Shown here piece after piece: positions 50,996-61,668 of a stretch of DNA of 64,000 nt. Made by a program: the position numbers and the translations under genes. The number at the start of each line of letters is the position of its first letter. The stretch's first letter is position 1. The notes under the pieces were generated by a model, which worked only from the letters and a program-made list of their open reading frames with translations, did no database searches and was not told where the DNA came from. Origin of the DNA: Spirochaetota bacterium (lineage in GTDB: Bacteria; Spirochaetota; UBA4802; UBA5550); the NCBI GenBank assembly GCA_963664815.2, contig CAXXHB010000003.1:1696001-1760000 (forward strand), in the 5' to 3' direction.

Positions 50996-51883
50996 TTATA
51001 ATCTTAATTCCTCAAGTATAATATCAAGATCATAACCGAAGTTTTCCTTTATATGTTTTTTTAATGCAGAAATCCGGTTAAGTTCATCAGCTGCCGTATA
51101 AGCGTTGCTGATGATTCTCCGGATACTGTCTATTGTACAGATATCACTATATGCCATAAAAGTTTTAAAAGCATGATCAAACACAGATATTACTTTGCTG
51201 TACTTCTCTTCAGATGCATAAATTTCACTTATTTCCGTACATGCTTCAAGAATGGTTTTAACATTTGTAGATTCCGATTCAATACTATCTTCATATGGAA
51301 GAATTTTTATTACCCTGAGATAATAACCAAGGGCCTCATTCCTGTCGTTGAGATTGTACTGATAGACATATCCAAGCCTGTAGAGGGCAGATATATACTT
51401 TTCATTAAGACTTACCGCGTTTTTATATGCATCGATTACAAAAAACGGATCTTTGCGGACTGAAAAATTTGCTGCAAGCATATACCATGCTTTCGGAGAG
51501 AGGGGTTTACTGTTCTTTAGTTCTTCGGCTTTCGACTGAGCCTTTTGTTCGTTTTCGTTTAAAGCATAGATATTTTTTATAAAGAGATTTTGAAGCTTAA
51601 GCGCTTTTTTAATTACTCTTCTGCTGCTTGAATATCTGATTATATCATTATATGTTTCAAGAGTGAGCTCTTCATACTCTGCATCAGATGTCAGAATTGT
51701 GAGTCTGTCATAAACTCTTGCGATAAGCAGCATTAATTCGGGATCATTATATCCATGATGCCTGAGATTGGTAAGGATTGTAAGAGCATCATGGAGTCGG
51801 TTTTTTCTGTAAAAATGCTTCGCTTTCCTGAAGCTTCTTTTGAAGTTAAAGCCGATTTTATTCTGAATAATTAGTGTGTTCAT
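50996..51883 (-). CDS. TPR-repeat protein
   Basis: PKAWYMLA...AYKNAVSLN...ALYRLGYVY...EALGYYLRVIKILP. Confidence 0.75.
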   Translation of the reverse strand: MNTLIIQNKIGFNFKRSFRKAKHFYRKNRLHDALTILTNLRHHGYNDPELMLLIARVYDRLTILTSDAEYEELTLETYNDIIRYSSSRRVIKKALKLQNLFIKNIYALNENEQKAQSKAEELKNSKPLSPKAWYMLAANFSVRKDPFFVIDAYKNAVSLNEKYISALYRLGYVYQYNLNDRNEALGYYLRVIKILPYEDSIESESTNVKTILEACTEISEIYASEEKYSKVISVFDHAFKTFMAYSDICTIDSIRRIISNAYTAADELNRISALKKHIKENFGYDLDIILEELRL

Positions 51884-52111
51884 TGTTAAGGATAATCCAT
51901 TTTGTTAACATCAATTATTACTATGCTCAAATGTAAAATATAGATTTACAATAAATATCTCCGAATGTCTTAGCTAAAAAATATTTTTAGATTGTAAAAG
52001 AATAATATTACCTGATATTAAAGTCGGTAAAAATATATTAATACTTAAAAATATACTTTAAATTCTCAAATAAAATATTTTTAAGTATCTCATTGAATAT
52101 TTTATTATTAT

Positions 52112-52543
52112 ATGAGAGCAATAACAGAAAGAACAGATACCATGGAATCGTTTGTGTATTTTAAGCATGTGGAGAATACTGATGAAACCAGTTACTCTCT
52201 GCAGGGTGAAGTGTCCAAAGATGATGAAGATTCCGGTAAAAGATGGATTTTATGCAGGAATTGTTCTAAAAAAATTGCTTTGATTTCAGATAAAATACAT
52301 ATGAATAATACTGATACTTATATATTTGAAAATCCTGCGGGATTATTTTTCCGTGTAATATGTTTCTCAAATGCTCCGGGTACAGTTATTATAACAGACT
52401 ATACCGAAGAGAATACATGGTTTGAGGGGTTTCTCTGGAGTGTATGTTTATGCGGGACTTGCGGTAAGCATCTTGGATGGCATTATAGTAGCGGATCATA
52501 TGGATTTTACGGTTTAATTGCGGACAGACTGACAATGGCATAA
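52112..52543 (+). CDS. Bacterial cereblon (CULT/thalidomide-binding domain) protein
   Basis: CRNC ... FENPAG..F...CFS ... TWFEGFLW ... CGTCGKHLGWHY ... FYGLI. Confidence 0.9.
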   Translation: MRAITERTDTMESFVYFKHVENTDETSYSLQGEVSKDDEDSGKRWILCRNCSKKIALISDKIHMNNTDTYIFENPAGLFFRVICFSNAPGTVIITDYTEENTWFEGFLWSVCLCGTCGKHLGWHYSSGSYGFYGLIADRLTMA

Positions 52544-52826
52544 AAAATACTTTACTCAATATTATAAGTTTAATAGTATATATTTTCTGACAGGGTTTTT
52601 CTTGAAATTTTGTTTTTCAGACATTATTTAGAAAAGCCGATGCAGCAGAAACTGTTTTTAATAAAGAAGCCTTGTGATGAATCTGAACATCGTTTCCCTG
52701 ACATTTTATGTTCTGATAAATATTATTGCTTTTATTAGGTGAGACAGTTTGAGCATGACGGATTTTGGTTGTATGAATGATAAATATAATTTTTTAAGTT
52801 AAATGTATTAAGAGTTATATAAAAGA

Positions 52827-53993
52827 ATGCAAAAGAAAGATGATAGTTTAAAAATACTGATTGTAAATTATGAGTTTCCCCCGCTTGGAGGTGGGGGTGG
52901 TGTGGCGACTTATGATCTTGCACTTGAATGGATAAAGCAGGGGCAGGTAGATGTACTTACATCTCATTTTTCCGGACTTGATTTTTATGAGAATGTTAAT
53001 GGCATCAATGTTTACAGATCAAGAATATTTTTCAGGAAATCCAGGGATGCGGCGACATTTTTATCTATGTTTTTCTTCTTACTGACCGGATTTTTAAAAG
53101 GAATAAGTTTATGCAGAAAAAATCGTTATAGTGTAATAAATACGCATTTCGCAGTACCTTCCGGGCCTCTTGGTTATATTCTCGGGAAGATGTTTAATAT
53201 ACCGAATGTTCTTTCACTGCACGGTGGGGATATTTATGATCCAAGTAAAAAAATGTCACCACATGACAGTTTCATATTCAGCAGGGTTGTAAAGTTTATA
53301 CTTAACAGAGCAGAGAGGATAGTAGCTCAGTCAAGAAATACAAGAGATAATACTGTTAAGTATTATAATCCGGTTAAAGAAGTGGAAATTATTCCGCTGG
53401 CATTTCATCCACCCGTCATTGTCAATAGCAGCAGGGAAAAACTGGGACTTGATAAAAATTCCTTTTACTTTATAACCATTGGACGATTAATTAAAAGAAA
53501 ATCAATAGATACAATGCTTCATGCGCTTTCAGGGATTAATGATAAAAAAATCAGACTTTTAATTGTAGGCGACGGGCCTGAGATGGAACACCTGAAAGAT
53601 TTGACTTCCAACCTCAATCTTAGCGACAGAGTGGTTTTTCCAGGTTATATAGCCGATGAGAAAAAGTACAGCTATCTTAAAAATTCCGATGTGTTCATTC
53701 TTACTTCTCTTCATGAGGGCTTTGGAATAGTATTCATGGAGGCAATGTTTACCGGACTTCCGATTGTCTGTACCAATCATGGTGGACAGGTGGATTTTCT
53801 AAAAGACAGGGAGAATGCTCTTCTGATTGATGTGGGGGATATAGAAGCCTGCCGGAATAGTATGCTGAAAATTTATCAGGATAAAATTATATACGGAGTA
53901 ATATCCAGGAATAACATGGACAAGGTTAAAGATTTCTATGCTGAAAGAGTGGCAGAGCGTTATCTGAAAATATTCAGCGAGATAAAAATATAA
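52827..53993 (+). CDS. Glycosyltransferase family 4
   Basis: NYEFPPLGGGGG, IGRLIKRK, VGDGP, SLHEGFGIVFMEAM. Confidence 0.93.
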   Translation: MQKKDDSLKILIVNYEFPPLGGGGGVATYDLALEWIKQGQVDVLTSHFSGLDFYENVNGINVYRSRIFFRKSRDAATFLSMFFFLLTGFLKGISLCRKNRYSVINTHFAVPSGPLGYILGKMFNIPNVLSLHGGDIYDPSKKMSPHDSFIFSRVVKFILNRAERIVAQSRNTRDNTVKYYNPVKEVEIIPLAFHPPVIVNSSREKLGLDKNSFYFITIGRLIKRKSIDTMLHALSGINDKKIRLLIVGDGPEMEHLKDLTSNLNLSDRVVFPGYIADEKKYSYLKNSDVFILTSLHEGFGIVFMEAMFTGLPIVCTNHGGQVDFLKDRENALLIDVGDIEACRNSMLKIYQDKIIYGVISRNNMDKVKDFYAERVAERYLKIFSEIKI

Positions 53994-53995
53994 CT

Positions 53996-54646
53996 ATGAA
54001 AATAAATATCGGACTGGTTACCAAGAATAGTGAAATCGCGGACGATCTTAAAATCAATATTCCGGAATTTGAAATATCTATTCACAGAAACATTGAATCC
54101 ACGTCAAAAGAGAGCTGCGCATTATATATCATAGATTATGAGGAGATCGGCTCGTCTGATTCAACACAATTTTATCTTTCCCGGTTGAGAAAAAAAATCC
54201 AGGATATTCCTGTTCTGCTTGTGTTGAGAGTCAATACCGTTACAGAACTCGATTCAACATGGTTCTTTAATGATTTTATACTTTATCCATTCCGAAAAGG
54301 TGAAGTCAAAGCCAGGATCGGCAGAATATTAACAGGTATACCTGATGAACAGGAAGAGATATCTATCGGGAATCTTATCGTAAATACAAAAGAATATGCT
54401 GTTTATATGAATGAGGAGAAGCTGGATTTAACGTATAAGGAGTTTGAGCTGTTAAGACTTTTTCTTGAAAACAGAGGAGTTGTTTTTTCCAGAAAAGATG
54501 TTTTAAGCAGAATCTGGGGTATGGAGTATATCGGTGGAACAAGAACTGTGGATGTTCATATAAGAAGATTACGCAGTAAAATAGGGGATGACTTTAATTC
54601 AATTATTGAAACTGTAAGAAATGTCGGTTACAGATGCAGGGAATAA
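53996..54646 (+). CDS. OmpR-family wHTH regulator with atypical receiver (GlnR-like)
   Basis: LDLTYKEFELL...GGTRTVDVHIRRLRSKIG...ETVRNVGY; receiver lacks the acidic pair and has YPF in place of KPF. Confidence 0.85.
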   Translation: MKINIGLVTKNSEIADDLKINIPEFEISIHRNIESTSKESCALYIIDYEEIGSSDSTQFYLSRLRKKIQDIPVLLVLRVNTVTELDSTWFFNDFILYPFRKGEVKARIGRILTGIPDEQEEISIGNLIVNTKEYAVYMNEEKLDLTYKEFELLRLFLENRGVVFSRKDVLSRIWGMEYIGGTRTVDVHIRRLRSKIGDDFNSIIETVRNVGYRCRE

Positions 54647-54726
54647 CTCATGCTGTTTATTAGTATTTGACAAAGTTTGTAATGCTGAAATTATGTCGTG
54701 TTATAAATGGTAAATTATAGAAGAAT

Positions 54727-55740
54727 ATGATCACTTATATATTAAGAAGATTGTTGCTTATAATCCCGACTTTTATCGGGATAACCTTAATGGTATTTGC
54801 CATAACCAGATTTGTTCCGGGAGGTCCTATAGAACGGATGATAGCTGAGGCTCAACAGTCCGCTGTCGGAAAGGGCTATCAACGGATGAATGCTACTCCA
54901 CTGTCAGCGGCGCAGCTTGATCAGCTGAAAAAGTATTATGGTTTTGATAAACCTGTAATAGTCAGCTATTTTAACTGGCTTAAAAATGTACTGGTATTTG
55001 ATCTTGGCAAATCTACAAGGTATTACGAGCCGGTGTGGTCAATAATTAAAAGCAAACTTCCGGTTTCACTTTTTTATGGTATTATGGCGATGATCATAAC
55101 ATATTCAGTATGTATACCTCTGGGGATACTGAAAGCGGTAAAACATAGAACAGGCATCGATAATATAACCTCTGTCCTGATATTTGTAGGATATGCCGTT
55201 CCGAATTATGTTGTTGCTATAATATTGCTTATGGTTTTTTCATCATGGCTTGATGTCTTTCCCCTTGGCGGGTTTACAGGGGAGAATTTTCATGAACTAT
55301 CCACTGCCGGACAGGTGATGGATGTTTTATATCATTCAATACTTCCTCTAGTCGCATATATGGCGGGTAGTTTCGCCGTAATGACGTTTATGATGAAGAA
55401 TGCACTTCTTGATAATATGGCATCCGATTTTATACGCACGGCTATTGCAAAAGGTCAGAGTTATAAAGGTGCGATTTTTCATCATGCATTCCGGAACAGT
55501 CTTATTCCAATGGCCACGCATTTCGGGAATAATGTATCTCTTATACTTACCGGATCGTACCTTATAGAAAAAATTTTTAATATTGACGGAATGGGCCTCC
55601 TTGGACTTGAGTCATTAACAGAAAGGGATTACCCGGTAGTTATGGGTATTCTTGTAGTATCATCACTTCTGTTTATGATAGGGAATATTCTTTCAGATAT
55701 CTGTGTCGCCATTGTTGATCCCCGAGTTAAATTTGAATAG
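54727..55740 (+). CDS. oppB: Oligopeptide (Opp/Yej-type) ABC permease
   Basis: YILRRLLLIIPTFIGIT...VPGGP; TAIAKG...HAFRNSLIP; RDYPVV. Confidence 0.9.
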   Translation: MITYILRRLLLIIPTFIGITLMVFAITRFVPGGPIERMIAEAQQSAVGKGYQRMNATPLSAAQLDQLKKYYGFDKPVIVSYFNWLKNVLVFDLGKSTRYYEPVWSIIKSKLPVSLFYGIMAMIITYSVCIPLGILKAVKHRTGIDNITSVLIFVGYAVPNYVVAIILLMVFSSWLDVFPLGGFTGENFHELSTAGQVMDVLYHSILPLVAYMAGSFAVMTFMMKNALLDNMASDFIRTAIAKGQSYKGAIFHHAFRNSLIPMATHFGNNVSLILTGSYLIEKIFNIDGMGLLGLESLTERDYPVVMGILVVSSLLFMIGNILSDICVAIVDPRVKFE

Positions 55741-55746
55741 GATATT

Positions 55747-56796
55747 ATGATCAGATTTAATCCTCTTACAATTGATATGATTAAAAGATTCAAGCGGATA
55801 AGAAGAGGTTACTACTCTTTCCTGCTGATGGTGATATTAATCATTCTGTCTCTATGTGCGGAACTGCTTGTTAACAGCAGGGCACTTATGGTTAAATATA
55901 ACGGCAGGTACTATTTACCCACATATGGTCCTATTATTCCGGGAACAGAATTTGGTCTTAATTATGAATATGAAACAAACTACAGAGAGCTGAAGAATAA
56001 AATTAAAAGCAGTTCATCTGAAAATTTTGTTATTCTCCCGCTGATTCCATATAATCCTTTTGAAACTGAGTTAAAAGATGGAGAATATCCTCCGCTTGCT
56101 CCATCTTTTGCAAGCCGGCATTATCTGGGAACAGACAAAACCGGAAGAGATGTTGCATCGAGACTTATATACGGTTTCAGAATTTCCATAATCTTTTCAC
56201 TGATTTTGTTATTTTTCAATTATCTTATAGGGATATCAATCGGCTGTCTGATGGGGTATCTCGGAGGGAAATTTGATCTTTTTTTTCAGAGAATTGTCGA
56301 AATCTGGAATAACATTCCTGTACTTTATGCTATTATTATTATCTCATCAATAATTATCCCAAACTTTTTTTCACTTCTTGGCATTATGATATTTTTCGGA
56401 TGGATAGGGATTACATGGTATATGCGAACCGCTACATATAAAGAAAGGGAAAGGGAATATGTACTGGCAGCAATAACCCTTGGTGCCAGCACCTCAAGAA
56501 TTATAAGGTGTCATATTCTGCCTAATACTCTTTCAGTAATAATTACGTTCATACCCTTTTCTGTTGTAGAGGGTATTATATCTTTAACAGCTCTTGATTT
56601 TCTCGGTTTTGGCTTACCCGCTCCAACTCCAAGCTGGGGCCAGCTTCTTTCAGAAGCATGGGAATATAATATAACCGCCTGCTGGATTGGAATATCGGTA
56701 ATAGCTTCAATGATTGCTATTCTTATAATGGTTACATTTATCGGAGAGGCAGTGCGTGAAGCTTTCGATCCGAAACTCTACTCAACATATGAATAA
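55747..56796 (+). CDS. oppC: Oligopeptide (Opp/Yej-type) ABC permease
   Basis: LGTDKTGRDV, REYVLAA, HILPN, LDFLGFGLP.PTPSWG, GEAVREAFDP. Confidence 0.9.
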   Translation: MIRFNPLTIDMIKRFKRIRRGYYSFLLMVILIILSLCAELLVNSRALMVKYNGRYYLPTYGPIIPGTEFGLNYEYETNYRELKNKIKSSSSENFVILPLIPYNPFETELKDGEYPPLAPSFASRHYLGTDKTGRDVASRLIYGFRISIIFSLILLFFNYLIGISIGCLMGYLGGKFDLFFQRIVEIWNNIPVLYAIIIISSIIIPNFFSLLGIMIFFGWIGITWYMRTATYKEREREYVLAAITLGASTSRIIRCHILPNTLSVIITFIPFSVVEGIISLTALDFLGFGLPAPTPSWGQLLSEAWEYNITACWIGISVIASMIAILIMVTFIGEAVREAFDPKLYSTYE

Positions 56797-56812
56797 AACG
56801 GAGGCTTGTTTA

Positions 56813-58678
56813 ATGAAACTTGCAGACTTGAAATACAGTTTAATATGCATCGTCTTTGCAGCGGTGATGTTTTTCTCATGCGGGAAATCCGGTAATCCGG
56901 ACATTTCAGGTAGTTCAGATGAAAATCTGAATATCGATTATTCAGTTCATCAGCTGGATGAAAACCTGAAATGGATTACAAATGATAATGAACCTCTCAT
57001 CGCTTCACCCAATGCAAAAAAGGGTGGAACCTTCAATCTGTATATACCGGGATTTCCACTTACCTTCAGAACAGTCGGTCCAGACGCAAATAATTTTACC
57101 AGATCTTTTTTTACTGATAATCAGATGGGTTTGATCGGATATCATGGAAATACCGATAAAATACTCCCGGAACTCGCTACCCACTGGGCATATGGTAAAG
57201 ATGGTAAAACCATGTATTTTAAAATTAACCCTGAGGCTAAATGGTCGGATGGTGTTCCTGTTACAGCCGATGATTTTATCTTTGCTATGGAGTTTGTGAG
57301 ATCGAAACATATCAATGATCCGTTTTTAAATGAATTTTATTCGAAGGAGATTCAGTGTGTAACAAAATATGGAGATTACCTTATTTCTGTAACTGCTTCA
57401 AAAAAGAAACCGGATCTCTGGTATTATGTTAATTTAAACCCTGTACCAAAACATTTTTACGGAAAACTGAACAGTAACTTTGTGAGTGACTACAACTGGA
57501 AAACAGAACCAAATACAGGTCCCTATATTCTGAAAGATTATTCAAACGGCAAATATCTGCTTTTTGAAAGGAAGAAAGACTGGTGGGCGAAAGATCTCCG
57601 TTATAATAAAAACAGGTTTAATGTTGATTATTTTAAATTAACGGTAATCAGAGATGAGAATGTTGCTTTTGAATATTTCAAGAAAGGTAAACTCGATTTT
57701 TTCAGAGCGACAAGGGCTGCAATATGGTATGAAAAGGCAAATGGTGAAATTTTTGATAATGGTTATGTGGAAAAAATCTGGTTTTACAATCAGGCAACAA
57801 TGCCAACCTGGGGTCTCTATCTGAATCTTGATAAGGAAATTTTTAAAGATAAAAATACCAGATATGCTCTTGCGCATTCAATTAATTTTGAAAAAATAAA
57901 TAAGCAGATTCTGCGTGATGAAGCAACACGCCTGCAGACATTCTATACCGGTTATGGTGCGTATACCAATACTAATGTAAAAGCCAGGAGTTTCGATATT
58001 GCTGCAGCGGAAAAACTGATGAAATCTTCAGGCTGGAGCAGGGGCGATGATGGCATCTGGATTAAGAATGGTGTAAGGTATTCGGTAACCCTTACATATG
58101 GTCAGCCGCTGCTTACTCCTAGAGTTGTGGTGATGAAAGAAGAGGCAAAAAAAGCGGGGATAGAGCTCAATCTTGAACTTCTTGATCCCGGGACATCATA
58201 TAAAAAAACACTGGAAAAGAAGCATGATGTTACGTATATGGCATGGTCAACGGGATTCAGACCTGAGCCGTGGCAGTCATTTCATTCTGAAAATGCTCAT
58301 AAACCCCAGACAAATAATATCAACAATCTTGATGATCCGGAAATGGATAAGCTTATAAACCAGTACAGGGATTCAACTGATGAAAAAGAACTAATCCAGC
58401 TGTCCCACAGGATACAGGAGAAGATAAATGAATCCGGCGGGTGGATTCCACTGGAATCTCTTCCATTCACCAGGGCTCTTTGCTGGAGATGGATCAGGAT
58501 CCCCGATGTTCCGGGATATAAAACAACAACAGAAATATTTGACGATCCTGCTTCGGGTGGATATTTCTGGATTGATGAAAATATAAAAAATGAAACAACT
58601 GAAGCTATGAAATCAAATAAGACATTCAAACCTGTTACTAATATAATAACAAAGTACAAACAGGGAAATTTCAGATAG
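56813..58678 (+). CDS. oppA: Oligopeptide-binding lipoprotein (family 5, YejA-like)
   Basis: RBS GGAGG; lipobox FSC; AKKGG, AKWSDGVPVTADD, TGPY. Confidence 0.88.
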   Translation: MKLADLKYSLICIVFAAVMFFSCGKSGNPDISGSSDENLNIDYSVHQLDENLKWITNDNEPLIASPNAKKGGTFNLYIPGFPLTFRTVGPDANNFTRSFFTDNQMGLIGYHGNTDKILPELATHWAYGKDGKTMYFKINPEAKWSDGVPVTADDFIFAMEFVRSKHINDPFLNEFYSKEIQCVTKYGDYLISVTASKKKPDLWYYVNLNPVPKHFYGKLNSNFVSDYNWKTEPNTGPYILKDYSNGKYLLFERKKDWWAKDLRYNKNRFNVDYFKLTVIRDENVAFEYFKKGKLDFFRATRAAIWYEKANGEIFDNGYVEKIWFYNQATMPTWGLYLNLDKEIFKDKNTRYALAHSINFEKINKQILRDEATRLQTFYTGYGAYTNTNVKARSFDIAAAEKLMKSSGWSRGDDGIWIKNGVRYSVTLTYGQPLLTPRVVVMKEEAKKAGIELNLELLDPGTSYKKTLEKKHDVTYMAWSTGFRPEPWQSFHSENAHKPQTNNINNLDDPEMDKLINQYRDSTDEKELIQLSHRIQEKINESGGWIPLESLPFTRALCWRWIRIPDVPGYKTTTEIFDDPASGGYFWIDENIKNETTEAMKSNKTFKPVTNIITKYKQGNFR

Positions 58679-59665
58679 ATGCAAAAGGAAACAGACATAA
58701 TTTTACAGGTTAAAGATTTTTCAGCCGGATTCATGAAAGACGGGATAATATATCCTGCTGTTGACAGAATAAATTTCAATCTGAGGAAGGGGGAGACTCT
58801 TGGAATTGTCGGCGAGTCGGGTTGTGGTAAAAGCGTAACCGCACTTTCAATTATGAAACTTCTGCCGGTACCGTCAGGAAAGTATTTAGGGGGTGAGATT
58901 ATTTTCAGGGAGAGAGATATTCTCTCTCTTAAACCTGAGGAGATGCGGGAGATAAGAGGCAATTCAATATCCATGATTTTCCAGGAACCAATGACAGCTT
59001 TAAATCCGGTAAAAAAAACCGGAAAACAGATAAGCGAAGTTTTTGAATTACACAGAAAAGATTTAAAAAAAAACGAGATAGAGAGAGAAACCCTTAATCT
59101 GCTTGAAAAAGTTGGAATACCTGATCCAGCTCAGAGAATGAATGAATACCCGCATCAGCTTTCGGGGGGTATGAGGCAGCGTGTTATGATAGCGATTGCC
59201 CTGGCATGTAAGCCTGAAATATTGATTGCGGATGAGCCGACAACTGCGCTCGATGTCACAATTCAGGCACAGATACTTGATCTTATAAAGGAACTTCAGC
59301 AAGAATCCGGAATGTCCGTAATTTTCATTACGCATGATCTTGGTGTAATTGCTGAGCTGTGTGATAATGTTGTAGTAATGTATGCAGGGAGAGTGGCTGA
59401 AAAAGCGGCTGTAGACAAACTGTTTGCAAGACCGATGCATCCTTATTCTTCCGGACTTCTTGATTCAATACCGAAGTTTGAATACACCAGAAAAACCAGG
59501 CTGAAATCTATTGAAGGTATGGTGCCCTCAATAACTGATTATCCGGAGGGGTGCCGGTTTCGTAGCAGGTGTACTTTTGCATTTGAACCATGTTCGGAAA
59601 AGCATCCGGAAGAGTATGCGGTGGACGCAAACCATTTTGTGAATTGTTATAAATACGGAAGATAA
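58679..59665 (+). CDS. oppD: Oligopeptide ABC ATPase
   Basis: [43 protein letters not shown]. Confidence 0.93.
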   Translation: MQKETDIILQVKDFSAGFMKDGIIYPAVDRINFNLRKGETLGIVGESGCGKSVTALSIMKLLPVPSGKYLGGEIIFRERDILSLKPEEMREIRGNSISMIFQEPMTALNPVKKTGKQISEVFELHRKDLKKNEIERETLNLLEKVGIPDPAQRMNEYPHQLSGGMRQRVMIAIALACKPEILIADEPTTALDVTIQAQILDLIKELQQESGMSVIFITHDLGVIAELCDNVVVMYAGRVAEKAAVDKLFARPMHPYSSGLLDSIPKFEYTRKTRLKSIEGMVPSITDYPEGCRFRSRCTFAFEPCSEKHPEEYAVDANHFVNCYKYGR

Positions 59666-59666
59666 A

Positions 59667-60656
59667 ATGGAAATTATTCTTAAAGTTGAAAATTTAAAAA
59701 AATATTTTCCGATAAAAAAAGGTATTTTTAAAACAGTGGCAGGCAAAGTGTATGCTGTGGATGATGTCAGCCTGTCTGCCGTAAAAGGTGAAACTCTTGG
59801 TATTGTCGGCGAAACAGGTTGCGGGAAAACGACTCTTGGAAGAACAATACTCAATTTATATAAGCCGACCGGAGGATCAGTCTGCTTTGAAAACAGTATG
59901 ATATCGGGTATGACACAGAGAGAACTTCTTCCTTACAGAAGAGATCTGCAGATGATTTTTCAGGATCCATTTGAATCTTTAAACTCAAGACATACGGTGG
60001 GATATATTCTGGAGGAGCCGTTTATTATACATAGGCTGGATAATAAAGAACGGAGAATGGATAAAGTAAAAAGTCTTCTCGACAAGGTCGGTCTTCAGAG
60101 CAATTCACTGGAAAAATTTCCCCATGAATTTTCCGGAGGGCAGAGACAGCGGATCGGAATAGCCCGTGCGATAGCTTTAAATCCGAAACTCATAATATGT
60201 GATGAACCGGTTTCCGCTCTTGATGTATCAATTCAGTCGCAGATATTAAATCTCCTGATGGATCTTCAGAATGAACTTGGTCTTACCTATATATTTATTT
60301 CCCATGATCTTACGGTAGTCAGGCATATTTCCGACCGGGTAGCAGTGATGTACCTCGGCAGGATAGTTGAAATGGCAGATGCTGATGAAATCTATAATGC
60401 TCCTTTGCATCCGTACACAAAAGCCCTGATCTCTGCTATACCAAGACCTTCGGCATTAAACCAGTATAAAAGAATAATACTTAAAGGGAATGTGCCATCG
60501 CCGGTAAATCCGCCGTCAGGTTGCTATTTTCATCCGAGATGCCCGGTTGCAAAAGATATATGCCGTGAAAAATATCCTGAATTTAAAAATTATAATTTAA
60601 ACGGATCAGAACATATGACAGCATGTCACATGGCGGGAGAGGGATATGAGAATTAA
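59667..60656 (+). CDS. oppF: Oligopeptide ABC ATPase
   Basis: GETGCGKTT, FPHEFSGGQRQRIGIARA, CDEPVSALDVS, PPSGCYFHPRCP. Confidence 0.93.
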   Translation: MEIILKVENLKKYFPIKKGIFKTVAGKVYAVDDVSLSAVKGETLGIVGETGCGKTTLGRTILNLYKPTGGSVCFENSMISGMTQRELLPYRRDLQMIFQDPFESLNSRHTVGYILEEPFIIHRLDNKERRMDKVKSLLDKVGLQSNSLEKFPHEFSGGQRQRIGIARAIALNPKLIICDEPVSALDVSIQSQILNLLMDLQNELGLTYIFISHDLTVVRHISDRVAVMYLGRIVEMADADEIYNAPLHPYTKALISAIPRPSALNQYKRIILKGNVPSPVNPPSGCYFHPRCPVAKDICREKYPEFKNYNLNGSEHMTACHMAGEGYEN

Positions 60657-61548
60657 AACAAGACTGTTTTTATTATATATCCTGGTGGTTACTTTTTCTT
60701 CATGCTCTCTTTTTCAGAGTGAAATAAGTACTGTTGTTGATCTGCTTCCGAGGGATTCGGATGTACCTGGATGGGTAAGAATTAATTCTGTAAATTTTTA
60801 TAAAGGCAAAAATATAAAAAAATATAATAGTGAATATCTGGGACTTGGAATAGACAGGATCGCGTCTTCTGTTTATCAGTCAATTGATGATAAAGACGTT
60901 AAAATTAAACTTGAAGTTATAAGTTTTAATTCAGTGTCAGATGCTTATAGTTTCTTCTCCACTGTCAGAGGCCCCGGTATTTTTGACATTTCTGAAGTAA
61001 ACGAATTCTGCAGCGATACTGTAACAATAATTCAATCAGGAGAATATGTCATCAGTTCAACTACCGACAAGGCGGAATTATTTCTTAAAAAAGAACTTAA
61101 AGCATTTGTTCATATACCTCTTCTTTATATAGGGCAGAATTACAATCATGACAAGCTTCCTGCAGGGCTGAATATAATTAAGGGTTCAGACGGATATGGA
61201 GTTTTATACAGCCGAAAACCATATCCGCAGTTTCCATTTTTAAGTAACATTAATTCCACGCGCTGGACATGGAATAAAGAATTGATTGATGTTTTTTTAA
61301 GTGAGAATAATTCATTTTATGATGCGTACGAAATTTTTAAAAATCTTACTCAAAATGATTATATTCTCATTTCATCAGATAATACCTATACAGCATTCAG
61401 AAAAGAGAAAGATGAAAAATATACTTTTATTTCACTCAACGATAAATGGATATTCGGCTGCTGGTCTCTGAAAAATTATAATGATGGGAAAAAAGTTCTT
61501 AATGAACTAAAATCCAGAATTGAAGATTATAATAATAGAAAAAACTGA
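60646..61548 (+). CDS. Hypothetical lipoprotein
   Basis: Signal peptide with FSSC lipobox; overlaps the oppF stop; no catalytic motif recognised. Confidence 0.65.
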   Translation: MRIKTRLFLLYILVVTFSSCSLFQSEISTVVDLLPRDSDVPGWVRINSVNFYKGKNIKKYNSEYLGLGIDRIASSVYQSIDDKDVKIKLEVISFNSVSDAYSFFSTVRGPGIFDISEVNEFCSDTVTIIQSGEYVISSTTDKAELFLKKELKAFVHIPLLYIGQNYNHDKLPAGLNIIKGSDGYGVLYSRKPYPQFPFLSNINSTRWTWNKELIDVFLSENNSFYDAYEIFKNLTQNDYILISSDNTYTAFRKEKDEKYTFISLNDKWIFGCWSLKNYNDGKKVLNELKSRIEDYNNRKN

Positions 61549-61668
61549 ATAGTTGAAACGTCCAGGAAAAAAATATACAGGGAACAGGACGATGCTTAAT
61601 TAAATGATTAATCTGTTGTAAGCTGAATTTTATGAAATAAAAAAAGGGTCTGCGGATATAATTAACGA

